Assembly (NCBI GenBank): GCA_965206645.1
Contig: CBDBKE010000004.1
Span: 1,984,001 to 2,048,000, forward strand
Origin: Terriglobia bacterium
GTDB lineage: Bacteria > Acidobacteriota > Terriglobia > JAJPHL01 > JAPKYU01
Direction: 5' to 3'
Length of the DNA: 64,000 bases
The position numbers and the translations under genes are program-made. A model generated the notes under the pieces. It did no database searches and was not told where the DNA came from. It saw only the letters and a list, made by a program, of their open reading frames with translations. Positions 20,613 to 30,491 of this stretch are shown one piece after another. Every line of letters starts with the position of its first letter. The stretch's first letter is position 1.

Positions 20613-21008
20613 CAGGCTCTATGTGCTCGATTCGCAGCACAAGGTCCACACGTATTGGACCTTAGGACAGCGCGATCCGGCTTTTGACTTCGACCTGGAC
20701 GCCGAGATTGTACTTGCTGACGGGCTCAATCCTACTACTTTCTTCTCCGGGGACTAGAGTTTTAGAGTGGAGGTCCCCGAGGGGGCGGCAGCGCTCAGCG
20801 CCAATCTGGACGAACATGGCGCGAGTTCTAGAGTAGCGCATCGCCTTTTTGTGACGAAACGTGGCCTTGTCTGGCAATTCCGGCGATGTAGGGTGCCGCC
20901 CGGATTGCTGCAACAATATCTTTTCAGGACGATGAGCCTGTGACTGCGGCTAGGAAGAAAAACATGCTACTCGGAAAGCTTGACGAATCCGCCGGCAGGG
21001 TGAGTTCC

Positions 21009-23810
21009 ATGGTGTCTCTGGTGTTGCGCCGCTCAGGGATTTTCTTTCTCCTGGCATTTTCTCTGCTGGCGCAGTCAGCCTGGGGCCAACGGATCGGGCC
21101 GCTGGTTCTGGACAACCAACAGCGGTCGAAGGCGTCGCCGGCCGAGCGCGCGGCGGCGGTCCGGCCGCCCAGCCTGCGACTGAGCCTTCCGTCGCCCGCC
21201 GCGGTTGCACTACCGCCGTTGGGTCCCGACGATTTGCAGCGTTTGCAACCGCAGGGGGGCAGGCCTCCCGTCATCGGCGTCCACCGTCGGTTGCCGCCGG
21301 GGGCGGTCACGCTGAGCTTCTCCGGGAGGACTGCCAAGACGACCGCCGGGGGAGCGTGGCAATCGACCGCGGTCGGGCGCCTTTGGCGTCTGAAGACGAC
21401 CTCCCCCGGCGCTCGCGCGATGCGCATTCACTTTCGGGACTTCGCCATCGGGGCGGGCAGCCTCTGGCTCCACTCGGCGAGCGGGCAGGTCGCCGGGCCT
21501 TACAGCGGCTCGGGTCTGTATGGGGACGGAGACTTCTGGAGCGGTATTATTTTCGGCGACAGCCTGACGATCGAGTATCTGCCCGATGGGGAGTCGGCGG
21601 AAGAAACCGTGCCGTTCCGAATCGTGGCGATCAGCCATATCTGGGACGATGCTTTTGGAGGCGGCGTGGAGGGCGGAGTCCGAGGGCCGGCGGCCGCGTT
21701 GGGAGGCTCGGGCAGGTGGGGATCGGTAAAGCCGCTGCCCGACCGGATCGACGTTGCGGTGGGAACGCAGTCGAAGAAGGCGCGGCTTGCAAAGGAAATA
21801 CAGTCGGTCGAGCGGTTCGCCTCCCTGCGACATCCGCGCCCGAAAGCGGCAAGACAACTCGTGCCCGGACAGCCCGCCGACTTCAGCTTAGATCCGGTTG
21901 ACTCCTCGACGCTCTTCGCCGGAGATCACTCGTTCCGGCTGGAGGTTCCCACGGGCGCCTCCCGCCTAACCTTCACGCTGGAATCCGTCGATCCCGATGT
22001 CGACGTGGATATGTTTGTTCGTTTTGGGCAGGACAACGCCCTTCGAGATAGGAGGGTTGTCACGGACTACTCCTCCGAGGGACTCACGGGCAACGAGGAG
22101 ATTGTTATTACCTCCCAATCCGATCCGCCGCTTCGAGCCGGAACCTACTTCGTCTCGCTTGGAGTCTTCACTACGGGCGTCGTCGCCGAGGGCACGGTCA
22201 CAGCGACAGTGGAATTCGACGGAGAGGCTCCGCTGCCGATAAGCGGCGGTCCGCTCACGCCCGGACAGCCCGCCGACTTCCTTCTGGGGCCGGTTGATAC
22301 GCCGACGCTCTTCAATGGGAATGACTCGTTCCGGCTGGAGGTTCCCACGGACGCCTCGCGCGTAACCTTAACGCTGAGATCCTCTGTCGACGTGGCTCTG
22401 CTTGTCCGCTATCGAGAGGACAACGCCCTTCAGGATGGGAGTCCTGTCTTTGACTACTTCTCTGACGAGGTCTTTGCGGGCACCGAGGAGATTGTCATTA
22501 CCCCCCAATCCGACCCGCCGCTCCGAGCCGGAACCTACTTCGTCTCGGTATTAGTCTTTGCTACGGGCGTCGTCGCCAACTGCACGCTCACGGCGGAAGT
22601 GGAACTCGACGGAGAGGCTCCGCCGCCGATAAGCGGCGGCACGCTCGTGCCCGGACAGCCCGCCGACTTCCGCCTGGGGCCGGTTGACTCCCGGACGCTC
22701 TTCGCCGGGGATCACTCGTTCCGGCTGGAGGCTCCCGAGAATGCCTCCCGCGTAATCTTCACGCTGGAATCCGTCGATCCCGATGTCGATGTGGATTTGT
22801 TTGTCCGCTATGGCGAGGACAACACCTTCCAGGATGGGAGGCCTGTCTTTGACCACGCCTCCTTGGGACTCACTGGCAATGAACGGATCGGCATCACCCG
22901 CCGCTCCGACCCGCCGCTTCGAGCCGGAACCTACTTCGTCTCGGTATTAGTCTTTGATACGGGCGTCGTCGCCGAGGGCACGCTCACAGCGACCGTGGAG
23001 ACGGACGCCGCGGACTGTCACCTTGACGCGACCTGCTACCCAGAATGGTCGAGTTCCGCAACGGGCGTCGCGCGAATTCTCTATGAGACAAGCGAGGGCA
23101 GTTTCGTCTGTTCGGGCACATTGCTGAATAACCGCCAGCAGGACTTCATTCCCTACTTTCTCACCGCCGCCCACTGCGTGGATACCGAGGAGGAAGCGCG
23201 GAGCGTGACAGCGTTCTGGTTATACCAGACACGAACCTGTAACGGAGAACTGCCGGACTTTCAGAGCGTGCCGCGTACCGAGGGAGCGCGCCTGCTCTCG
23301 ACCTTGGGCGACGGCTTTCATCCCGACGGCGATATGACGCTGCTGCGGCTCGAAGGTGATTTACCGGACGGTGTGATGTTCCAAGGCTGGGACGCGGCCT
23401 CTCAACCTATTGGCGCGCAGGTCACCGGCATTCATCATCCCGAAAGCGATGATTGGGGCTTCTTCAAGCGGATTTCCTTCGGTCAGATCATTCCCGACCC
23501 GGGATTTGAAACTTCCGACGATGTCTACGCCATCGTCTCCTATCCGGTGGGACAAGGCTACACGGAGCCGGGCTCGTCCGGGTCCGCCATCTTCAGCAGC
23601 CCTGGAACCGTAGTCGGGGCACTGAGCGGCGGAGACATTGTCGGGTATGCCTGCCCGACCGGCCTCGTTCATGACGTCGTAACACACTTTTCGGTTTTCT
23701 ATCCTCATATCCGGCAGTTCATTGACAGCGGCGAGCGAGCGCCGCTGTTGGAAGAAATACGAGGCCTCCTTCCACTAGTCTCTCGTACGACAAAAGAGTT
23801 GACGTACTAA
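21009..23810 (+). CDS. Secreted trypsin-like (lysyl-endopeptidase-type) serine protease with three PPC-like repeats
   Basis: CSGTLLNN, LTAAHC, GDMTLLRL, GIHHP, TEPGSSGS; signal peptide; three repeats of about 130 aa. Confidence 0.88.
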   Translation: MVSLVLRRSGIFFLLAFSLLAQSAWGQRIGPLVLDNQQRSKASPAERAAAVRPPSLRLSLPSPAAVALPPLGPDDLQRLQPQGGRPPVIGVHRRLPPGAVTLSFSGRTAKTTAGGAWQSTAVGRLWRLKTTSPGARAMRIHFRDFAIGAGSLWLHSASGQVAGPYSGSGLYGDGDFWSGIIFGDSLTIEYLPDGESAEETVPFRIVAISHIWDDAFGGGVEGGVRGPAAALGGSGRWGSVKPLPDRIDVAVGTQSKKARLAKEIQSVERFASLRHPRPKAARQLVPGQPADFSLDPVDSSTLFAGDHSFRLEVPTGASRLTFTLESVDPDVDVDMFVRFGQDNALRDRRVVTDYSSEGLTGNEEIVITSQSDPPLRAGTYFVSLGVFTTGVVAEGTVTATVEFDGEAPLPISGGPLTPGQPADFLLGPVDTPTLFNGNDSFRLEVPTDASRVTLTLRSSVDVALLVRYREDNALQDGSPVFDYFSDEVFAGTEEIVITPQSDPPLRAGTYFVSVLVFATGVVANCTLTAEVELDGEAPPPISGGTLVPGQPADFRLGPVDSRTLFAGDHSFRLEAPENASRVIFTLESVDPDVDVDLFVRYGEDNTFQDGRPVFDHASLGLTGNERIGITRRSDPPLRAGTYFVSVLVFDTGVVAEGTLTATVETDAADCHLDATCYPEWSSSATGVARILYETSEGSFVCSGTLLNNRQQDFIPYFLTAAHCVDTEEEARSVTAFWLYQTRTCNGELPDFQSVPRTEGARLLSTLGDGFHPDGDMTLLRLEGDLPDGVMFQGWDAASQPIGAQVTGIHHPESDDWGFFKRISFGQIIPDPGFETSDDVYAIVSYPVGQGYTEPGSSGSAIFSSPGTVVGALSGGDIVGYACPTGLVHDVVTHFSVFYPHIRQFIDSGERAPLLEEIRGLLPLVSRTTKELTY
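21858..23000 (+). repeat. Three intragenic repeats of about 390 bp (PPC-like domains)
   Basis: PGQPADF...SFRLE...DPPLRAGTYFVS starting at 21858, 22254 and 22644. Confidence 0.9.
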
Positions 23811-23812
23811 AC

Positions 23813-23940
23813 CCGGATTTCCACTTTAGTTTCGGTTCCGCTAACCATCGGGTGGCCTCGGACGCCTTTATTAATGCGGGTTTGAAAGCACTCAAGGCGC
23901 TGAGGAGATCAACACCCAATGGGTGAAAAAGAAAACAAAT
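23813..23940 (+). mobile_element. IS1380 left-end remnant
   Basis: CCGGATTTCCACTTT is the inverted counterpart of the IS1380 right ends; CACCCAATGGGTGAAAA gives an MGEK transposase-like start at 23919. Confidence 0.6.
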
Positions 23941-24542
23941 CAAGAATCAATCGTGTGTTCGACCGCGGCAAGAACAAGAACGACTTCCGAGAGCAAGGCA
24001 ATGCGTAGCGCACCACCAGGTGTTCGCAGAGCAACAGCACCTGATCGAAGCCCCTATATTCGGAGCTAGCAAGTGAGATCGGAAGTGGCGAGGACTGCCC
24101 CCCGCTGATGCGCGTGTTGCCCTGGCGAGGCTTCCTGCTGAAATGAAGCTTGTGGCCCCATACCGTTCACTTTGGCAAGAATCCATTCTGGAATTTCCTT
24201 CGCACTGCGGTCCATTCGCCGGGGGATAACGGTCCGGTTCCAGGTGCCCCGTCCCGGTTGCGATTCCCCAAGCAGGCTTGCCGCCTACGACAGGAGAACG
24301 GATGTGGGGTTGCGCCATCAGCCGCTGGCCTTCGCCGGTTCCGCTTTGTTCCAACGCAAGGCTCGCGCCAGAACGGTCCCCTCGCCTGGCAGGCGTCTGT
24401 CACTCCCTCTTGCCCTTGTCGGCCCTGCCCGTCACTGGCTTCGTCGGCGCTGTTCCTCCCGTGTCAGGGTTTGGTCGTTTCCGCCATTCGCGGGTGAGCG
24501 GAAATGCTCACAAACCCTTAAACTTTCAGGAGGAAATACATC

Positions 24543-24791
24543 ATGGCTAACCCCAAACCCATCTCTGAAGTCCGCATCGGTCGCATCAAGGCTGCGATTT
24601 GGCCGAACGGAACCGAAGGCCGCACGCGATACAATGTCACCTTCTCCCGTCTCTACAAGGACAACGATCAATGGAAGAGCACGCAGAGCTTCGGTCGCAA
24701 CGACCTGTTGCTGCTTGCGAAAGTTGCCAATCAGGTCCACTCGCGCATCTTCGAGCTTCAGCACGAAGAGGAGCCGCAGGCGGAGTCCTAG
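24543..24791 (+). CDS. Small mobile-element protein, putative ssDNA-binding (PC4-like)
   Basis: Strong RBS; RIGRIKAAIW.N...YNVTFSRLYKD..QWKST.SF..DLL. Confidence 0.7.
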   Translation: MANPKPISEVRIGRIKAAIWPNGTEGRTRYNVTFSRLYKDNDQWKSTQSFGRNDLLLLAKVANQVHSRIFELQHEEEPQAES

Positions 24792-24848
24792 TGCGACGCG
24801 CATCAGAGGATACTGTCAAGTTCAGTGGGAGCGTGGCAGACTTGGCCG

Positions 24849-25499
24849 ATGAAACGCGACACGCTGAGCTACCATGGATATCGATCCCCACCCGACATTA
24901 TCAGCCACGCCGTCTGGCTGTATCACCGCTTCGGTGTGAGCTTTCGCGATGTCGAAGATCTCCTGGCCCAACGCGGCATTACGGTGTCCTACGAAGCGAT
25001 CCGGCTGTGGTGCCTCACGTTCGGTTCAGTATACGCTCGCCGGCTCAAGCGTCGACAGGGCCGGCTGGGCGACATCTGGCGCCTGGACGAGGTCTTCGTC
25101 ACCATCCAGGGACAGCGGCGCTATCTCTGGCGTGCCGTCGATCAAGATGGTGACGTCATCGATATCCTCGTCCAGTCGCGTCGCGACTGTCGGGCGGCTA
25201 CACGCTTTTTCCGCAAGCTGTTGAAGGGCCAGGAGCGTACGCCTGGGCGGTTGGTCACCGACAAGCTGAGCAGCTACAGGGCTGCGCACCGAGCGGTCAT
25301 GCCGTCCGTCGCCCATCGCACGGACCGATACGAGAACAATCGCGCCGAAGTCTCCCACCAGCCCACACGGCAACGCGAGCGACAAATGCGCCGGTTCAAA
25401 TCTCCCGGGCAGGCACAACGATTCTTGTCCGTGCATGGACTCGTCCGCAACCTCTTCCGCGTTGGCCGTCACCTGGTGCGAGCGGTGCATCATCGGTGA
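24849..25499 (+). pseudogene. IS6 transposase truncated by IS3
   Basis: ORF ends at the TGA of the IS3 IR; the true C-terminus is at 27015-27068. Confidence 0.88.
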
Positions 25500-26746
25500 C
25501 CAGACCGATTTTTTGTACCAACCGTAGTGAGAGTTTACATCGCAGCCTGGGGCTGTGAAACTGGTTTCAGTGGCAGGGGAGGGCTATAGGCCCCCGGCGC
25601 CGGGGGCCTATAGCCGAGCGCCGAGTGCGGCCGCACCGTGTTGTATTGCACCCTCCACTGTTCAATCAGCACCTGTGCCTCCTTCAACGAGTAGAAGATC
25701 TCTCCATTCAGGCATTCGTCCCGCAGCTTCCCATTGAAACTCTCGCAGTACCCGTTCTCCCAGGGACTGCCCGGTTCGATGTACAGTGTCCCGGTCCCTA
25801 GATTTGCCAACCACTGGCGCAGTTGTTTGGCGATGAACTCGGGACCATTGTCGGATCGAATCTGTTCCGGTATCCCTCGCCACAACATCACGTCCGACAA
25901 CGCCTCAATGATTTGTTGGCTGCCCATCCTCCGCTCCACCCGGATCGCCAGGCATTCCCGCGTGTACTCATCCAGCAAGGTCAGCAGCCGCAGCGTTCTC
26001 CCCTCGTGCGTTCTGGCACTCATGAAGTCGTAGCTCCACACGTGGTTCGGTCGCTCCGGCCTCAGTCGTACACAGGAACCGTCGTTCAGCCACAGCCGTC
26101 CTCGCGGCCTTTGTTTTTGCGGCACTTTCAGCCCTTCCCGCCGCCAAATCCGCTGCACCCGGTCCTTGCCCACTTCCCAGCCCGCACTCCGCAGCAACGC
26201 TGTGATCCTCCGGTAGCCATATCGCCCGTACTTCGCTCCCAGGGCAATGATCGCTCGGGTCAGAGCATCCTCGTCCACCCGATGAATCGGCTCGTATCGT
26301 TGTGTCCCTCGCCATTGCCCCAGCAGCCGGCAGGCATGCCGTTCCGACAACCCGTGTTGCTCCCACGCACGCTCCACCGCACAACGCCGCCGCTCAGGGC
26401 TCAGAAGTTTCCCTGTGCCACATCCCGCAGCACCTGCTTCTCCAGAGAAAGCTCCGCTACCAACCGCTTCAGCCGCGTGTTTTCCTTCTCCAACTCCTTC
26501 AGCCGTTTTGCCTGCACCACCTTCAGCCCGCCGTATTCCTTCCGCCACCGGTAGTAGGTTTGGGTGTGGATTCCAGCTTCTTTGCAGGCTTGGGGCGCAG
26601 TCTTCCCGTTCCCCATCTGCACTTCTATCTGCCGTAGCACCGCTACAATCTGCTCCGGCTTGTAACTCCTTGTCGGCATGACCTCACTTCCTCCTCAAGT
26701 GGATTCTCTCTCTTTCCACTTGGTACAAAAAGTGCCGGTCAGGTCA
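25497..26746 (-). mobile_element. IS3-family element type A, complete, 1250 bp
   Basis: Both IRs; orfA 26401..26679, orfB from 25535. Confidence 0.95.
25535..26679 (-). CDS. IS3 transposase OrfAB
   Basis: As other copies. Confidence 0.9.
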
Positions 26747-27130
26747 CCAGGAGCGTACGCCTGGGCGGTTGGTCACCGACAAGCTGAGCAGCTACAGGGC
26801 TGCGCACCGAGCGGTCATGCCGTCCGTCGCCCATCGCACGGACCGATACGAGAACAATCGCGCCGAAGTCTCCCACCAGCCCACACGGCAACGCGAGCGA
26901 CAAATGCGCCGGTTCAAATCTCCCGGGCAGGCACAACGATTCTTGTCCGTGCATGGACTCGTCCGCAACCTCTTCCGCGTTGGCCGTCACCTGGTGCGAG
27001 CGGTGCATCATCGGGAGCTACGAGGACGCTCTTTTCTCATTTGGGATGCAGTCACGATCGCCGCCTGACTCGAACTGAGATCACGATCCCGAGTACCGGC
27101 TCGCTCGACGAACGCTAACTTGACAGTACC

Positions 27131-27806
27131 CGACTGAGTGTAGGGCCCACGGATCGACCACGACATGTCGTCATCGATTCGACGGGCCTGAAGATCTACG
27201 GAGCCGGTGAGTGGCACATCAGAAAACACCGAACCCTCCGCCGTAGGACATGGCGAAAGCTCCACCTAGGCGTCGATGAGACGACGAAAGAGATCGTTGC
27301 GATGGACCTGACTGCGAGCAACGTCCACGACGCCCGAAGGCTCTCTTCGTTGCTGTCTAAGACTCCTGGTTCGATCGGGCAAGTCTCCGCAGACCGGGCC
27401 TACGACACGGGTTCCTGCTACGAGGCCGTGCTCCAGCACGACGCTATCGTGACGATCTTGCCGCGACGCAATGCACGATGCAGCCGAGACTCTCATCCGC
27501 CTCCGTGGCGTGCGATGCGTGATACCCATCTCCGGCGTATTAGGACGCAGGGCCGTTATGAGTGGCGGAAGTCGAGTGGCTGCACTCGCCAGAGCGTGGC
27601 GGAGAATGCGGTCTCACGGTACAAGGCGATACTCGGGGTAAGCCTCTCGGCCCGCACGGTCAAGAACCAAAAAGTCGAAGCCGCGATCAAGTGCGCTGTG
27701 CTGAACCGGATGGCGGAGCTTGGAATGCCACGATCGGAGCGCGTGTGCTGAGGCGGATGAGCTTCTCGGCCCGGTTCGCCGCGAGCGCGAATTACGCAAC
27801 AACGCC
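27131..27806 (+). mobile_element. IS5 3' fragment
   Basis: Matches 4981-5656. Confidence 0.9.
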
Positions 27807-28244
27807 CATGGCCGCTCTTTTTACTCAAGCGATTTTGCACACTGATCAGCACACTACCTTAGCCGGCAATCGAATTCTGCGAAAAGGATCGTCACCCGCA
27901 TAGGCCGCGACGTCATGCGCGGTGAGGCGGTCGGAGTCTCCTGACAACGCCTGCCAAATAGAGCCCGGCCCTCCGACGCCAAAGGCGGAAGGAGGATTCG
28001 CCAGCAACCTATCTACCGAAGGTATTCTTTGGCGAGATATCCAATCTGGGCTGGGTCCGTGTCGATTGTGGGCCGTTTTGGGCCGCTTTTCCGGTGTCCG
28101 TGGCCGCTTGATTGCCAGCCGACGGTCCCGGTCCACAGCGCGACGACCAGGGTTAAGAATCAGCCTTCTTAACTAGGGGAATCCAGAGCTTCGCAGAGAG
28201 CTCGTCCAGCTCTCTACGCGCGCGCGGATTATTGGGGTGCCCGA

Positions 28245-30194
28245 CTAATCCCTCCCGTGTGGTCGGGCGGCCCGAGGCGCCGCGAGGCGCCAGAAACCGA
28301 CGATGAGCCCGACGAGCAGCAGGAGCGCGAGCCACTCCGCTGCCGCGCCGGCCCAGGCGTCTCCCAGGCTCCAGGGCGTCCGCCCTTGAGAGACCGCATA
28401 GCCGGCCGCACCGGCGATCACCACCCCGATCAATCCTTCCCCACCCACCAAACCGGACCCAAAGAGGATCCCCCGGTCGCGCCGGGCGGCCCGCTCCCCG
28501 CTCGTCGCGGCACCGCGCTCGAGGATCATCCGGAGCAACCCGCCGAGGAAGACCGGAATCATCGTCGAAACCGGGAGATAGACGCCGACCGCGAACGGCA
28601 GCGATGGGATCCGCAGCAGCTCGACGACGACGGCGATTCCAGCGCCGACGGCGACGAGGGTCCAGGGGAGCGATTGGCTGAGCACCCCGTCGATGACGAG
28701 CCGCATCAGCATCGCCTGGGGGGCGGGGAGCTCTGCGCCGCCGAAACCATACGCCCGGGCCAAGAGCAGCAGCGTCAACGCCACGAACGCCGCGGAGGTC
28801 ATCACCCCCACGAGTTCGCCAATCTGCTGACGCCGCGGCGTCGCCCCAAGCAGGAAGCCGGTCTTCAGATCCTGCGACGTGTCGCCCGCGATCGACGCGG
28901 CGATGGCGACAACGGCACCAACCGTCAGTGCGGCCACCTTGCCGGCGTCGTCGGTCCAGCCGAGCAGCAGGAACAACGAGGACGTACCGAGCAAGGTGGC
29001 GATCGTCATCCCGCTGGTCGGGTTCGACGTCACACCGACGAGTCCCACAATCCGGGAGCTGACGGTCACGAAGAAGAAGGCGAAGACGACGACCAGTAGC
29101 GCCGCCAGGGCACGCCCGGCAGCCACCTCGATGCTGCTAAACGCCATCGGCACGACGGCGAGGATGGCAAAGATCGCCAGAGCGCCGACCCCCACCACGC
29201 CGAGCGAGAGGTCCCGCTCGGTCCGAAGAAGGGCGGTGCCCGCCCCGGCCGTAAGCTGCTCCCGAATCTGCCGCGCGCCGATCCGGAAGCTTGCGACCAT
29301 GGTGGGAACGCTCCGGATCAGCGTGATCAGGCCGCCGGTGGCAACCGCACCCGCTCCGATATAGCGAACGTAGCGGGTCCAGAGCAGCCCCGGCGTCATC
29401 TCATCGATCACCAGCGTCGTCTCGGGATAGAGCGGCACCATCCGGCCCTCGCCCCACCACGCCATCGCCGGGATGATGACCAGCCAGGACAGCAGCCCGC
29501 CGCCGACCATGATCGTGGCGATGCGCGGGCCCAGGATATAGCCGACGCCGAAGAGGGCGGCGCTCACCGCGGTGCCGAGTTGGCCTTTCCTGAGGAACGG
29601 AATGGAGATCTGAAGCTCGTCCGGCACGGCCCGCATCCAGCCGGTGACCCCCTTGAACAGCGCCCCGAGTCCCAGTCCGAGGAACACGTTGCGGGCGCGT
29701 GCGCCGCCCATCTGGCTGGCCTTGAGCACCTCGGCACAGGCGGTGCCCTCGGGATAGGACAGATTTCGGTGCTCCCGCACAATCAGAAACGGCCGGAGCG
29801 GGATCATAAAGAGGACGCCAAGAAGCCCCCCACTCATTGCCAGGATGGTGATCTGCAGGAGGTTGGTGTCGAAACCCCAGAGGAAGAGCGCCGGCAACGT
29901 GAAGATCACCCCGCTGGCGACCGAGCTGGAGGCCGATCCGACGGTCTGCGAGAGGTTGGCCTCAAGGATGCCGCTCTGGACACCGCCGGCGCGGAGCGCT
30001 CGAAAGAGCGCCACCGTCATCACCGCCACCGGGATCGACGTCGAGATCGTCAGCCCCGCCCGCAGCCCCAGATAGGCGTTGGCTGCGCCGAACAGGATCC
30101 CGAAGAGAATCCCGGCCGTCATCCCCTTCAGCGTCGCTTCGGCGGGGGACTCGGTGGGAGAGACGAACGGCAAAGGGGTCTGCTTGTCAGCCAC
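28245..30194 (-). CDS. OPT-family oligopeptide transporter
   Basis: ANAYLGLRAGLTISTSIP, YPEGTACAEV, SNPTSGMTIA, DLKTGFLLGATP, LPAPQA. Confidence 0.93.
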   Translation of the reverse strand: MADKQTPLPFVSPTESPAEATLKGMTAGILFGILFGAANAYLGLRAGLTISTSIPVAVMTVALFRALRAGGVQSGILEANLSQTVGSASSSVASGVIFTLPALFLWGFDTNLLQITILAMSGGLLGVLFMIPLRPFLIVREHRNLSYPEGTACAEVLKASQMGGARARNVFLGLGLGALFKGVTGWMRAVPDELQISIPFLRKGQLGTAVSAALFGVGYILGPRIATIMVGGGLLSWLVIIPAMAWWGEGRMVPLYPETTLVIDEMTPGLLWTRYVRYIGAGAVATGGLITLIRSVPTMVASFRIGARQIREQLTAGAGTALLRTERDLSLGVVGVGALAIFAILAVVPMAFSSIEVAAGRALAALLVVVFAFFFVTVSSRIVGLVGVTSNPTSGMTIATLLGTSSLFLLLGWTDDAGKVAALTVGAVVAIAASIAGDTSQDLKTGFLLGATPRRQQIGELVGVMTSAAFVALTLLLLARAYGFGGAELPAPQAMLMRLVIDGVLSQSLPWTLVAVGAGIAVVVELLRIPSLPFAVGVYLPVSTMIPVFLGGLLRMILERGAATSGERAARRDRGILFGSGLVGGEGLIGVVIAGAAGYAVSQGRTPWSLGDAWAGAAAEWLALLLLVGLIVGFWRLAAPRAARPHGRD

Positions 30195-30491
30195 GTGGCG
30201 TCTGATTGTACCAGGGTCGATGCTCGGCATTGTGACGCAGGGACCCCGCCGGCTCCGGCCCATCGTTCCGGCCTGGTATCCTCGGGTTGGACCCGCCATG
30301 ACCGCCAACCTGCCCGGGATGTCCCTATGGCCTTGTCGAGATAGCCGGACTTTCTGGAGTATTTTCGGCCCGTCCTAACTGGCCGCCGCGAGCCGGGCGA
30401 GTCACCCGAAGGGCCGGCGCGGCGCGGCAGCCAGCGGCGCCGTGGACGCGCCAGGCCCGTGAAGGCTACTCCGGGCTGTTTTGGGGTGGGG

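Larger units (their letters stand above)
24809..27130 (+). mobile_element. IS6-family element interrupted by IS3, with 268-bp internal duplication
   Basis: IRs GATACTGTCAAGTT / AACTTGACAGTACC; transposase motifs WRLDEVFV, YLWRAVD, VTDKL, NNRAEVSHQ. Confidence 0.92.

Noticed and set aside
21858-23000. DGR template/variable repeat pair
   Set aside because: Differences are not adenine-specific, all copies are in-frame domains, and no RT is present.
28152-28173. Hairpin GTTAAGAA-TCAGCC-TTCTTAAC as a terminator or IS end
   Set aside because: Weak AT-rich stem with no U-tract and no partner end identified.
28257-29099. Long antisense or alternate-frame ORFs (also 671-1432, 17776-18768, 46323-47180, 56964-57923)
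   Set aside because: Shadow ORFs of GC-rich genes with no recognisable motifs.
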